NCBI GenBank assembly: GCA_964633305.1
Contig: CAZWGG010000001.1
Location: 1-59,850 of the forward strand
Direction of reading: 5' to 3'
From: an uncultured Bacteroidales bacterium
Lineage (GTDB): Bacteria > Bacteroidota > Bacteroidia > Bacteroidales > UBA10428
DNA length: 59,850 bases
The notes below the pieces were generated by a model that did not search any database, was not told the DNA's origin, and saw nothing but the letters and a program-made list of their open reading frames with translations. Each line of letters begins with the position of its first letter. Positions within the stretch are counted from its first letter, which is position 1. Shown one piece after another: positions 29,441 to 39,226 of the stretch. A program made the translations under genes and the position numbers.

Positions 29441-29523
29441 AGAGCTTGTCAAGCGTAAATATGACATGAGCCAGTTTAATATCAGGCGTAAATATGATAT
29501 AGAGCTTACCAAGCGTAAATATG
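29441..29523 (+). promoter_or_regulatory. three GCGTAAATATG boxes upstream of the scaffold/capsid operon (candidate late control region)
   Basis: Boxes at 29453-29463, 29486-29496 and 29513-29523. The outer two sit in 23-bp repeats AGAGCTT(GT/AC)CAAGCGTAAATATG exactly 60 bp apart. Confidence 0.5.
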
Positions 29524-29533
29524 GGAGGATTTT

Positions 29534-30223
29534 ATGAAAAATTTTAAAAAAATGTTTTTTCTTCTTTTTACAGCAATGTTATTTCCAATTTTTGGAGTTG
29601 TCGGTGGCGGCGATTCAACAAATGAAGATGATTCAACAAATGATGATGATTCAAAAAATGATGATTCAACAAATGAAGATGATTCAAAAAATGATGATGA
29701 TTCAAAAACTAATGATGATTCAAAAACTAAGGATGAAAGAGTTATATTTGATAATCAAAAGCAATTTGATGCAATAGTAAATAGAAAAGTCTCAAAAGCA
29801 ATAAAAGCAGCAAGAGCAGCGGAGGAAAATGAAAAGAAAAAAAGTGAAATGACAGAAACACAACGATTACAGCAAGAAAAGGAAGATGCTGAAAAAAGTG
29901 CCAATTTAAAAGTAGAAGAAGCTAATAAAAAATTGATAAAATCAGAAGTAATGATGAAAAGTAAAGATTTAGGAATAATTGATTATTCAGCTGCTTATAA
30001 ATTGATGGAAATGGATGATATCGAAGTTGATGATGATGGAACAGTTCATGGAGTTGAAAAAGCATTAAAAATATTAGTTGCTGAAAAAGCATATTTATTA
30101 AATGCAAATAATCGACCTTCAAAAACTGGGGACGATACCAATGATGAAAGTTCTGTAAAATCAAAAAAAACTACTGGCAATGATTTCAATTCAATAATTA
30201 GAAGGGCAGCTGGACGATTTTAG
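29534..30223 (+). CDS. scaffolding protein (DUF4355/Gp46-like) with a hydrophobic N-terminus and acidic repeats
   Basis: GGGAGG RBS. Charged coiled-coil C-terminal half. Sits directly upstream of the capsid gene. Confidence 0.6.
   Translation: MKNFKKMFFLLFTAMLFPIFGVVGGGDSTNEDDSTNDDDSKNDDSTNEDDSKNDDDSKTNDDSKTKDERVIFDNQKQFDAIVNRKVSKAIKAARAAEENEKKKSEMTETQRLQQEKEDAEKSANLKVEEANKKLIKSEVMMKSKDLGIIDYSAAYKLMEMDDIEVDDDGTVHGVEKALKILVAEKAYLLNANNRPSKTGDDTNDESSVKSKKTTGNDFNSIIRRAAGRF
29612..29734 (+). repeat. seven in-frame 15/18-bp tandem repeats (GATTCAAMAAATGAWGAT) encoding DS(T/K)N(E/D)D units
   Basis: Read directly from the sequence. Coding low-complexity region. Confidence 0.85.
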
Positions 30224-30245
30224 AAATTAAAGGAGTGATGTACAC

Positions 30246-31238
30246 ATGGGTTCATATATACCTAGAAGTGATGTTGACGCGTTAATGCCTGAAGAATATT
30301 CAAGAGAAATAATCGAAAGTGTTTCCGAATCATCAACAGTAATGACATTGGGCTATAAAGCTCCAAACATGAGTAGAAGACAAAGAAGGATGCCTTGTTT
30401 AGCAGTTTTACCAGTGGCTTACTTTTCCAATCCAGGACCTGGCAGTGTTGAAGAAGGAAAACAATGGAAGAAATTAACAACAATGGCATGGGAGAATAAA
30501 TATCTTGACGCTGAGGAATTGAACGTCATTATAAGTATCCCAGAAGCAGTTTTGGCCGATTCTGCATATAATATATGGGCAGAAGCAAAACCTAAATTAT
30601 TATCTGCATTTGGTAAAGCTTTTGACCAAGCAGTTTTTTACGGAATTAATGCTCCAAGAATTTGGCCTACTCCAATATATCAATCTTCGATTGCTGCTGG
30701 AAATGCAATTGTAAAAGGGTCTTTAGGCGATATTTATAATGATGTTTTGGGTGTTGGTGGATTGATTTCAAAAGTTGAAGAGGACGGTTATTTTGTTGAT
30801 GGACATGTTTGTGCAATGACTATGCGTTCAGAATATAGAGGATTAAGAGTTGGGGGAGTAAATGGAACTGGCGAGCCTATCTTTAAATCACTTAATAAAG
30901 AAGGTGTCCAAGGTCAAACTAACTATATGCTTGATGGTGACAACTGTATTTTCCCAAGAAACGGAAGTGTAATTCCTTCAATGTCATTGCAAATAACAGG
31001 TGACTGGAAACAGTTGATGTATGCAGTTAGACAGGACATAAGTTGGAAATTACTTGACCAAGCAGTATTGCAAGACCCAGTTACTAAGGAAATAGTTGTA
31101 AATCTGCCACAACAAAATATGGTAGCATTAAGAGCATGTATGCGTTTAGCATGGCAAGTACCTAATCCTATCAATACATTGAATGAAGATGAAACAACTA
31201 GATATCCATTTGCTGTTTTTAAAAGAGAAGGTTCCTAA
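30246..31238 (+). CDS. major capsid protein (HK97-fold type)
   Basis: 330 aa. Follows the scaffold. C-terminal VALRACMRLAWQV-type segment. Confidence 0.7.
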   Translation: MGSYIPRSDVDALMPEEYSREIIESVSESSTVMTLGYKAPNMSRRQRRMPCLAVLPVAYFSNPGPGSVEEGKQWKKLTTMAWENKYLDAEELNVIISIPEAVLADSAYNIWAEAKPKLLSAFGKAFDQAVFYGINAPRIWPTPIYQSSIAAGNAIVKGSLGDIYNDVLGVGGLISKVEEDGYFVDGHVCAMTMRSEYRGLRVGGVNGTGEPIFKSLNKEGVQGQTNYMLDGDNCIFPRNGSVIPSMSLQITGDWKQLMYAVRQDISWKLLDQAVLQDPVTKEIVVNLPQQNMVALRACMRLAWQVPNPINTLNEDETTRYPFAVFKREGS

Positions 31239-31250
31239 GATTGAGGTAAA

Positions 31251-31511
31251 ATGATGAAATCAACAATAAAATTTACTAAAAATATAAATAATTATAAGAT
31301 AGGGGATATAGTTGAATTAGAAGTTCTTTCGGCGCAAGCATTTACAGATATGAACGTTGCAACATTTCATACTCCTAAATCGCAAAGAAAAACAAGAATT
31401 GATTTAACTATACAATCTTATAAATATTTACAAAAATTATGCAAACAACATAATATACCAGCTGTTGGAACTAGAGAATCATTAATTGTTTCATTAACTG
31501 ATATATTATAA
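31251..31511 (+). CDS. small protein with a C-terminal SAP/HeH-like motif
   Basis: LQKLCKQHNIPAVGTRESLIVSL. Confidence 0.5.
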   Translation: MMKSTIKFTKNINNYKIGDIVELEVLSAQAFTDMNVATFHTPKSQRKTRIDLTIQSYKYLQKLCKQHNIPAVGTRESLIVSLTDIL

Positions 31512-31538
31512 AAAGAATAAATGGGGAAGGTGAAAAGT

Positions 31539-31976
31539 ATGTATTTAACTCCAACAGAATATAATACATATACAGAACGACCTGCCTCTGAGGCTACTAA
31601 TTTATTAATTAAATTAGCATGTAAATTATTAGATTCTAGAATAGGCAATTATAAAATCTATAGTAACGGATATAAAATCAAAGAATTGTCTAACTGGTAT
31701 GTAAATAATACTGTTGTTGTAACTGAAGGACAAAAAGAGGCTATAAAAATGTGGGTAGCTTCTATGATTCAAGAAATGGTAACAAGTGGAACAACTCCAA
31801 ATAATTCAAAGTCTGTTAAACTTGGAAGATTCTCAACTCAAAAGGGAAATAATGCTGGAAATTCTATACTTCCGGATTCGATGGGTTTTGTTGATAGTAT
31901 TTTAATTTCTTCAGGAATAATAAATAGAGAAATAAAATCGTCATTATCAATAAATAGAGAAGTCGAAATATTATGA
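31539..31976 (+). CDS. head-tail connector (gp6-like) protein
   Basis: Synteny. Start chosen behind GGGGAAGG (the track start is 31521). Confidence 0.5.
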   Translation: MYLTPTEYNTYTERPASEATNLLIKLACKLLDSRIGNYKIYSNGYKIKELSNWYVNNTVVVTEGQKEAIKMWVASMIQEMVTSGTTPNNSKSVKLGRFSTQKGNNAGNSILPDSMGFVDSILISSGIINREIKSSLSINREVEIL

Positions 31977-32314
31977 GTTTAGCAGTATTTAATTCATTAA
32001 TGACCCACACATTAGTTTTAATAAAAAGAAAAAGAAATAACTCTGGTGATTTTGTAAATGAAACAACTTATCCACAGGAAAATGGTTTTTGTGAATATGG
32101 AAATAAATTAGTAACTCTTAAAACAGGCGAAAAAGTTACATCAACTGCGATTATATTTCTTAAAAATGATAGTAACATAGATATTAATCATGAATACTGG
32201 ATGATTAATCAATTATTACCACAAATAAGAAATGATATGGAAGTTTTGCAGATTGACCCAATTGATAATCCAATAGATGGATTAACACATCATTATGAAT
32301 TAATAGTTAGGTGA
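31973..32314 (+). CDS. head closure / head-tail adaptor protein
   Basis: Synteny and size (113 aa). Overlapping start. Confidence 0.5.
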   Translation: MSLAVFNSLMTHTLVLIKRKRNNSGDFVNETTYPQENGFCEYGNKLVTLKTGEKVTSTAIIFLKNDSNIDINHEYWMINQLLPQIRNDMEVLQIDPIDNPIDGLTHHYELIVR

Positions 32315-32318
32315 TACT

Positions 32319-32690
32319 ATGAACTACTGGACAAGCTGGCTTGGTGATGTTTTGAAGGAATTAGTTAATAATGCAAGTGTTTCAGCTGTTAATAAAACAG
32401 GAGAAGTCGTTCTTGGAGCTGCTAGAAATGAGGTTCCCTTAGATGAAGGCCCACTTTTACATAGTGGAATAGTTATTATGGCCAAAGCAAATGTTCCAGC
32501 GTGCTGTATAACTTTTGGTGGTGGGCCGGGAACTGGATATCCAGTGATACCATACGCTATAAAATGGCATGAGCATACAGCTAATTTTCAACATGGAAGA
32601 AAAGCTTTTTATTTACGTGACCCATTCAATCGATTAGCAAAATCAAGTTTGGAATCATTTATGAAAGAAGAAATGAGGAGGTTTATGTAA
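32319..32690 (+). CDS. HK97 gp10-like tail-completion protein
   Basis: Synteny and size. PLDEGPLLHSG motif. Confidence 0.5.
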   Translation: MNYWTSWLGDVLKELVNNASVSAVNKTGEVVLGAARNEVPLDEGPLLHSGIVIMAKANVPACCITFGGGPGTGYPVIPYAIKWHEHTANFQHGRKAFYLRDPFNRLAKSSLESFMKEEMRRFM

Positions 32691-33106
32691 TGATAGCAGA
32701 CGAATTTTGTCAATGGCTAGAAAATAATGATTTTGGAACATTTTCTGATGGAGGAAATATCTATGATAATTTTCAACCAGAATCACCCAGTAATCAAATA
32801 ACAGTCTTTGACTATCAAGCTCCCTCAATAGATGAATCATCTTCTTTATCAGTTGACCAGCTAGGAATAAGAGTATTAGTACGAAACACTCAAAAGAATG
32901 AAGCAAAGACAATTTTAATGAATATTCATAAATCATTTATAGGTTTTGGGGGTTGTTCATTAATTGATGAAAGTGAAAATGTTGTAACTGCTTCATTTGT
33001 TGATATCATTCCATTTGGAATAGGAAAAGATGACAAAGGACGACATGAATATACTGCTAGTTATAGATTAAGAGTACAGACAAAAGATAATAAGTATAGA
33101 CTTTAA
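32690..33106 (+). CDS. tail terminator-like protein
   Basis: Synteny and size (138 aa). Confidence 0.45.
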   Translation: MIADEFCQWLENNDFGTFSDGGNIYDNFQPESPSNQITVFDYQAPSIDESSSLSVDQLGIRVLVRNTQKNEAKTILMNIHKSFIGFGGCSLIDESENVVTASFVDIIPFGIGKDDKGRHEYTASYRLRVQTKDNKYRL

Positions 33107-33127
33107 TAGTGAAAGGGGGAAATTATT

Positions 33128-33553
33128 ATGTATGAAGTAAAATTCGCTGGAACAGTTGTTGAAGTTGATGCCCTAGTTGTTGCGAAGGTAACTGCATTTA
33201 ATAAAGATTTATCGGTTTCGGAAGAGGATGTTACTGCTGCGGAGAATGTTATTGCTGGAACCGATGTATTACATACTGAATTTGCAAGTATTGCGGTTTC
33301 GGAAACTGCATCTGTTGAAGGAATAACAATAGAAACAGCTGCTGGTGGTTTAAATGCTGGTCAAAGTGAATTAAGAAATGCTGCTGAAAAAGGAAAAACA
33401 GTAACAATAAGACATGTTAGAAATACTGGATATGGATATCTATTGACAGGATTCTTTACAGGATATAATGAAACTGGCGATGTCAGCGGTGTTTATAAAT
33501 ATAAAACAACATTTAGGGTTAATTCAAAAGTTGATATAGTTCCAGGAAGCTAA
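33128..33553 (+). CDS. major tail (tube) protein
   Basis: Position immediately before the chaperone pair. 141 aa, A/T/G/V-rich. Confidence 0.6.
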   Translation: MYEVKFAGTVVEVDALVVAKVTAFNKDLSVSEEDVTAAENVIAGTDVLHTEFASIAVSETASVEGITIETAAGGLNAGQSELRNAAEKGKTVTIRHVRNTGYGYLLTGFFTGYNETGDVSGVYKYKTTFRVNSKVDIVPGS

Positions 33554-33583
33554 TCAACAAATAAAAGAAAGAAAGGTATTTTT

Positions 33584-34087
33584 ATGGACAATATAAAAGA
33601 TGAAAAAAAGAAAACAATGACTGATGAAGAAATACAAAGAATTAATCAAGAAAGAATAAATCAATTGAATGAAAAAGTTGAAGAAATAAAAGAAAGGCAA
33701 GAAAGCGAATTAACATATGATTTTGATGAAGCCTTAAAAGAATATGCAGCAAGTAAAAATAAATTAACAATAAGGTTTCTAGGCAAAATATATGAATTAT
33801 CATCGAGAATGCCTTTTAATTTTTCAACATTTTTTCTTCGATATTGTTATAAAAAAATAGATGGGAAAATGGTAGTTATTTTACCAGAAGATAAAGTTTT
33901 AAGATTTATAGAGTTAATGTTTGGAAGAGAATTTTTAACTGCACTAGAAAGGTCAAATAATGTTAATGTATCATTGGACTTTGTAACTAATAACATCATT
34001 CCAAATATATTGAATTCATGGGGATATGAAACTAATTCAAAAAATAAAGCAGAATTGGAAAAAAAAGTGATGACCCGAGGATTTTAA
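33584..34087 (+). CDS. tail assembly chaperone (G-like)
   Basis: Sits before the tape measure and ends just after the slippery A-run. Confidence 0.7.
   Translation: MDNIKDEKKKTMTDEEIQRINQERINQLNEKVEEIKERQESELTYDFDEALKEYAASKNKLTIRFLGKIYELSSRMPFNFSTFFLRYCYKKIDGKMVVILPEDKVLRFIELMFGREFLTALERSNNVNVSLDFVTNNIIPNILNSWGYETNSKNKAELEKKVMTRGF
34060..34066 (+). promoter_or_regulatory. A_AAA_AAA slippery heptamer for -1 programmed frameshift
   Basis: Run of 8 A at 34059-34066. The -1 frame is open from here to the TAG at 34306-34308. Confidence 0.65.
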
Positions 34088-34308
34088 TATGGGGATGGTC
34101 AGCTTTAGAAGCTGACTTTTTACGTTATTATAATTTAGATTTAAATAATTGCTGTTTTAACAATGAAATTTCTTGGAGAAAATTTATTGTTTTAACACAA
34201 GAGTTACCAAATGATGCTGCTTATAGAAGATGGTACAAAGATAAAAGTAAAAGAAATTTCGTAGAATTCAATAATGAAGATATCGAAAATAATATTGATA
34301 GAATCTAG
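34066..34308 (+). CDS. frameshift extension of the tail assembly chaperone (GT-like product 33584..34066 + 34066..34308)
   Basis: -1 frame reads KKSDDPRILIWGWSALEADFLRYYNLDL...ISWRKFIVL, with no RBS or start of its own. Confidence 0.6.
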   Translation, partial: SDDPRILIWGWSALEADFLRYYNLDLNNCCFNNEISWRKFIVLTQELPNDAAYRRWYKDKSKRNFVEFNNEDIENNIDRI

Positions 34309-34316
34309 GTGTATTT

Positions 34317-37100
34317 ATGAGTTTTGTTATCGGTGAATTAACTGCAAGAGTTGACGCAAATACTTCACCTTTTAATCAAAGATTAAATCAATTAAATAGA
34401 GATGGAAATACATTTGGCTCGAATTTTTCGAAAAGTTTAAAGTCAATTGGTTCTGATATGCAAGATTTAGGGGGAAAACTTACAAAGTCAGTAACATTGC
34501 CTTTATTAGCTGCTGGAATTGCAGTTGTAAAGCTAGGAGGAGACTTCGAAAGAGAACTTTCGAAAGTTACTGGTCTTGTTGGTATCTCTGAAAAACAAGT
34601 AAGTCAATGGGGCAATCAAATACTCAAATTAGGCCCACAAATTGGTCAAGCTCCAAAAGCTTTAGCAGAGGCACTTTTTTATGTTACAAGTGCAGGATTA
34701 CGAGGAGCCGAAGCGATGGACGTATTGACTCTATCTGGTAAAGCTGCCTCAGCTGGATTGGGCGAAACTGCGGTTGTTGCTGATTTAGTAACAAGTGCAA
34801 TGAATGCATATGGACCTAAAAATTTATCAGCTGCAAAAGCAACCGATATCTTGGTTGCAGCGGTTAGAGAAGGAAAAGCTGCCGCGGCTGATTTAGCTGG
34901 CTCAATGGGAGCAGTCTTGCCTTTAGCATCTGAATTAGGAGTCGAATTTGAGGAAGTAGCTGCTACGCAGGCAGCTATGACAAGAACTGGAACGGATGCA
35001 AGTGAAGCAGCTACCCAACTAAAAGGTATAATGGCTAGCTTGCTTAAACCAACTAAGGAAGCTAATGATACATTGAAAAAAATGGGAACATCTGCTTCCG
35101 AAATGAGAAAAAAGATAAAAGAAGATGGCCTTTTAAATACATTAATTGAGTTAAGAGAATCAACAAAAAAATATGGAGAAGAAACAGTGGCAAAAGTATT
35201 TCCGAATATAAGAGCTTTGATGGGAATTCTTGATTTGATGGGGGCTAATTTAGAAGATAATAAAAAAGTATTTGAAAATGTTGCTAATTCAACAGGTATG
35301 TTGGATGAAGCTTTTAAAGCAGCATCGGAAACTTTAGATTTCAAATTCGACCAATCATTAAGTCAAATAAAGTCAACTGCTATTGAGTTCTTTGATGTAT
35401 TGAAAGGAGCTTTACTTCCAATACTGAATACATTTAATAAAGTTGTAAGTTTTATTGGGGATAAATTTAAAAATCTATCAAAACCGATGCAAACTGGAAT
35501 ATTAGCATTTACTGCGTTATCAGCAATAATGCCTTTAATTATTCTAGCATTTGGAAATTTAATTGGTGTTGCTGCTGGTGTAGCAAGTGCAATCTCAACT
35601 ATTGCAAGTATTATTAGTACAATAGGCGCACCGACTTTAATTGTAATAGGAGCAATTGCTTCATTAATCGGTATATTAGGAACTTTAGTGTTATCATCCG
35701 AAACTGTAAGAAGCTCAATAATTAATAAATTTAAAGAAATTGGAGATAAAATCAAAAAAACTGTTGAATTTATAATTGAACATATCGATGATATAAAAAA
35801 AGCAATAAAGGGATTTGCTGAAGGACTTGATACTGGTAACTTTGCTAATTTTACAGCTGCAATGATAGAAATGATTCCTGATAAGTTTAGAGATAATTTA
35901 ATAAATGCAGTTACTAAATTAATATTATTTAGGGAAAAAGTTCTTGAAATAAGAGATAAGATTTTTGATTTTGCCTCAACTGTAAAAGATGTAGCAGAGC
36001 CAACAATAAATGCATTAAAAGAAGCTCTGTCAAACATTGATTGGGCATCATTTAAAGAATCATTAGATTTAGCGAAACAATCACTCGAACCATTAATTCC
36101 TGTATTGCAAAATCTAGGAAAAATTATTGGTTTTGTATTTGTTAATTCATTAGGCATAATGATTTCATTATTTGGAGCTTTATTGAGTATAATTCCAAAT
36201 GTAATTGGAATTATAGTAAGTTTAGGAACAATAGTAAGAAGTGTATTCAAGATAATTATGGGAATATTAACTTTAAATGGTGACTTAATTCAAAAAGGTT
36301 TTGAGGAAATGTGGGCAGCTGTTATAAATGTGTGGAAAAATGCATTTAGTTTAATAAAGAATTTTATAGGAAATTTCTTTAAAATTGCAGTTACTTACTT
36401 TAAAAATTTATATAAAAAAATAGGAAATGGAATTGTTCCTGAATTAATCAGCAAAGTTATAAACTTTTTCAAAGATTTAAATACTAAAGTAACTCTCGCA
36501 ATTATAAATATGGTTATAAGTGTTATTAAGAAAATAAGAAATTTTAAAGATGATTTTGTTAAATGGATTAAATCAGCTGTTAAAAATGGTGTAATAGCTT
36601 TTGGAGGATTTATATCGAAAGTAATTATAGAAGCTGCCAAATTATATACTGCTGGAAAAGAAGCTGCGGGAAAATTGTTAAAAGGAATTACAAAAATTGA
36701 TTTTAAAGAAGCTGGCAAGAATGTTGTCCAATCTGTAATAGATGGAATTACTTCAATGTTTAGAAGTTTAGGAAATACAGCTGCTGGAATTGGGTCAATA
36801 ATTAGTTCTTATCTACCGCACTCACCTGCTAAAATGGGAGCATTGAAAAATTTAGATAAATTGAATTTTAAAGACCCTATATTAAAATCATTGAATAATG
36901 CAAAAGATGCAATAATGAATGATTGGTTAGGAAAAATAGTTATAAATGGGCCAGAAAATTCAAAACTTGAAACAGCTTCTATTTCAAGTGGAACAAATAT
37001 AAGTGGAACATTTATATTTAATGGAGTTCAGAATATTGAAAACTTTATGAGTGAAATGAATAATACAGTAAAAAGATATGGGGGGAGGATTTTCGAATAA
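34317..37100 (+). CDS. tail tape measure protein
   Basis: 927 aa. A/G/I-rich helical protein with hydrophobic central segments. Follows the chaperones. Confidence 0.85.
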   Translation: MSFVIGELTARVDANTSPFNQRLNQLNRDGNTFGSNFSKSLKSIGSDMQDLGGKLTKSVTLPLLAAGIAVVKLGGDFERELSKVTGLVGISEKQVSQWGNQILKLGPQIGQAPKALAEALFYVTSAGLRGAEAMDVLTLSGKAASAGLGETAVVADLVTSAMNAYGPKNLSAAKATDILVAAVREGKAAAADLAGSMGAVLPLASELGVEFEEVAATQAAMTRTGTDASEAATQLKGIMASLLKPTKEANDTLKKMGTSASEMRKKIKEDGLLNTLIELRESTKKYGEETVAKVFPNIRALMGILDLMGANLEDNKKVFENVANSTGMLDEAFKAASETLDFKFDQSLSQIKSTAIEFFDVLKGALLPILNTFNKVVSFIGDKFKNLSKPMQTGILAFTALSAIMPLIILAFGNLIGVAAGVASAISTIASIISTIGAPTLIVIGAIASLIGILGTLVLSSETVRSSIINKFKEIGDKIKKTVEFIIEHIDDIKKAIKGFAEGLDTGNFANFTAAMIEMIPDKFRDNLINAVTKLILFREKVLEIRDKIFDFASTVKDVAEPTINALKEALSNIDWASFKESLDLAKQSLEPLIPVLQNLGKIIGFVFVNSLGIMISLFGALLSIIPNVIGIIVSLGTIVRSVFKIIMGILTLNGDLIQKGFEEMWAAVINVWKNAFSLIKNFIGNFFKIAVTYFKNLYKKIGNGIVPELISKVINFFKDLNTKVTLAIINMVISVIKKIRNFKDDFVKWIKSAVKNGVIAFGGFISKVIIEAAKLYTAGKEAAGKLLKGITKIDFKEAGKNVVQSVIDGITSMFRSLGNTAAGIGSIISSYLPHSPAKMGALKNLDKLNFKDPILKSLNNAKDAIMNDWLGKIVINGPENSKLETASISSGTNISGTFIFNGVQNIENFMSEMNNTVKRYGGRIFE

Positions 37101-38707
37101 TGTCAGTAGCATTTAGAATAACACTTGATGGGCTATCTCCTATAGAACGAAGTGAAAATCTTCCTAATTGGGGATGGCCTGAAAATGTATATGTATTATC
37201 AAAGAGTTTAAGTATAAATCAAGGTGAATCAGGTACGAGAGCAGTTTTGAATTTTACTTTAAAAGATGAAAGTAATAATTTTTATTTAGAATCTTTAGTA
37301 GGACGATTAATAAATGTATGGGAATATACTGGTACGGGAAATGATATTAATTCATGGAAGTTAATATGGGGTGGTCAGCTAGACGAACCGAATACTAGAA
37401 AAATAAATGAGAAATTATTAATGGGAATCGGTATTGTTGGTATAGATCATCATAGTATATGCGATAGAATAGCTATAAATCAAGGATATGCTAAAACTAA
37501 AATAAATGTTTTAGTAAAAGAAATAATTGATAAATATTTAAAAGCTGATGGTATTTGGTATGATTCAACTTCTATTCAATCAACAACAAAAGAAGTATCG
37601 GTAAATTGTCCATATATATATGCTAGTAAAGTATTTACTGAATTATCGGATTTTTTAGGCTGGCAGTGGTATATAGAACCTAATAAGAAATTTCATTTTC
37701 ATGAGTATACTTTTGAAAAAGGGCCATATACTCATGAATATATTGGAACATTAAGTGAAGATTTAGCAAGAATAAACGATAGGTCAGAATATAGAAATAT
37801 TGAAGTATTAAGAAATGTAAAAGATGTTACCGATGAATTAATAGAAACATCTAACCCCTTTCCAAATGGGGAAACTAGAAATTTTTTTCTTAATTATCCT
37901 ATTTGTGATGATTTAGGGGAACCCCAAGTGTATGTATGTACTTGGATTCAAAGAAATGATCCACCAAGTGATACAAGACAAACGATTGGTATAAGTGGAC
38001 TTGAAACTACACCTCAATGGTTTTATACCGATGGAAATAATCAGATTTATCAAAATAGTGATTATCCAGCAATTGAAGCAGGTTATTACATTGTTCTAAA
38101 ATATAGAGGAAGCTATGAAATAGATATTATTAAATCAAATGATACAGCAATAGCAGCAAGAGCAGCTGCGGAAAATGGAAGTGGTATCTATTATGATATA
38201 ACTGAAAATTCGAATGTAGTTGGAATAGTTCTTGGAAATGAAAAAGCCCAAGCACTTTTAAATAAATATTGTAGAATTGCTCAGAAATTTAAAATATCAT
38301 CATATAATCATAGATGGGAAATAGGACAATTATGTAGATTAGTGTTACCAACTTTTCAAATAGATTCTGATTATTTAGTGATGGAATTATCAATTAAAGA
38401 TAGAGGAAATAGATTGAAAAGAACAGTAACTCTAATTGATGGACTACCAATCGGTGGATGGATTAGATTCTTTAAAAAATGGTTAACAGCAAATGATTAT
38501 TTTACAATTAGAGAAGATGCTATCGTAAGTATTCCTTTTATAGAATCAGAAGAATTTAACATTGCCGGAGTTGTAACAATTGATAGTATAGATTGCTTAT
38601 ATCCTGAAACTGACCCGGGAGGCCTTCACCCAAATGTCGCTCCAGGTGGGCCAGTTCCAGGTACTATAAATAATACTGAAATCTATTACGAAAGCGATAG
38701 TGATTAA
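37100..38707 (+). CDS. distal tail / baseplate protein (Dit/Tal-like)
   Basis: Directly after the tape measure. 535 aa. Confidence 0.5.
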   Translation: MSVAFRITLDGLSPIERSENLPNWGWPENVYVLSKSLSINQGESGTRAVLNFTLKDESNNFYLESLVGRLINVWEYTGTGNDINSWKLIWGGQLDEPNTRKINEKLLMGIGIVGIDHHSICDRIAINQGYAKTKINVLVKEIIDKYLKADGIWYDSTSIQSTTKEVSVNCPYIYASKVFTELSDFLGWQWYIEPNKKFHFHEYTFEKGPYTHEYIGTLSEDLARINDRSEYRNIEVLRNVKDVTDELIETSNPFPNGETRNFFLNYPICDDLGEPQVYVCTWIQRNDPPSDTRQTIGISGLETTPQWFYTDGNNQIYQNSDYPAIEAGYYIVLKYRGSYEIDIIKSNDTAIAARAAAENGSGIYYDITENSNVVGIVLGNEKAQALLNKYCRIAQKFKISSYNHRWEIGQLCRLVLPTFQIDSDYLVMELSIKDRGNRLKRTVTLIDGLPIGGWIRFFKKWLTANDYFTIREDAIVSIPFIESEEFNIAGVVTIDSIDCLYPETDPGGLHPNVAPGGPVPGTINNTEIYYESDSD

Positions 38708-38709
38708 TA

Positions 38710-39222
38710 ATGAGAATAAAAACAGCCTTTTCAATTGAAGGTAAAGTTACTATAGTAAAAAGAGATAAAAGTAATAATAATAAAACTGAGATAAGAATAA
38801 TAAAAAATAGAATAATGGATGATGCTTTAGATGAATTAATTAAATCATTTTATTATCCCCCAAATTCAAATATGTTTTTTAAGCATATTGCGTTTGGCGA
38901 TGATAATAGTGTAAATACTAATAATATGCAACATTTAGTAAATGAAATTTATCGTGTTCCTATTATTGTAAGAACTAGAACAGGCGTTGGAACTTTACAA
39001 GCTAGAGCAATTTTAAAAGATACTCAACCAGAAGATTATTCTGGAATTGTTACTATTAAAGAAATAGGACTGTTCGCTGGCTCGACATCATATGATTGGT
39101 TAGAAGGTGCTGGAAAAGATTACGGATTATTGATATCGAGAATAGTCTTAAATCCTGTAGAAAATAAAATAGGAAGTGAAGAAATACAGGTTACATGGGA
39201 ATATCAAATAGATAGGAGTTGA
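38710..39222 (+). CDS. putative baseplate/tail structural protein (170 aa)
   Basis: Synteny only. Confidence 0.4.
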   Translation: MRIKTAFSIEGKVTIVKRDKSNNNKTEIRIIKNRIMDDALDELIKSFYYPPNSNMFFKHIAFGDDNSVNTNNMQHLVNEIYRVPIIVRTRTGVGTLQARAILKDTQPEDYSGIVTIKEIGLFAGSTSYDWLEGAGKDYGLLISRIVLNPVENKIGSEEIQVTWEYQIDRS

Positions 39223-39226
39223 TATA

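Noticed and set aside
29592-29777. ORF encoding a repetitive MMIQ/KMMI peptide.
   Set aside because: It is an alternative-frame reading of the 15/18-bp tandem repeats inside the scaffold gene. It is an artefact of the repeat.
34679-36718. Long minus-strand ORFs (221, 295 and 107 aa) inside the tape measure gene. Similar antisense ORFs occur inside many other genes in the track, for example 2205-2606, 7022-7411, 40863-41237 and 46786-47157.
   Set aside because: They lie entirely within well-supported sense-strand genes and have no RBS. Their composition is the mirror of the sense codons. They are shadow ORFs typical of AT-rich DNA with few antisense stops.
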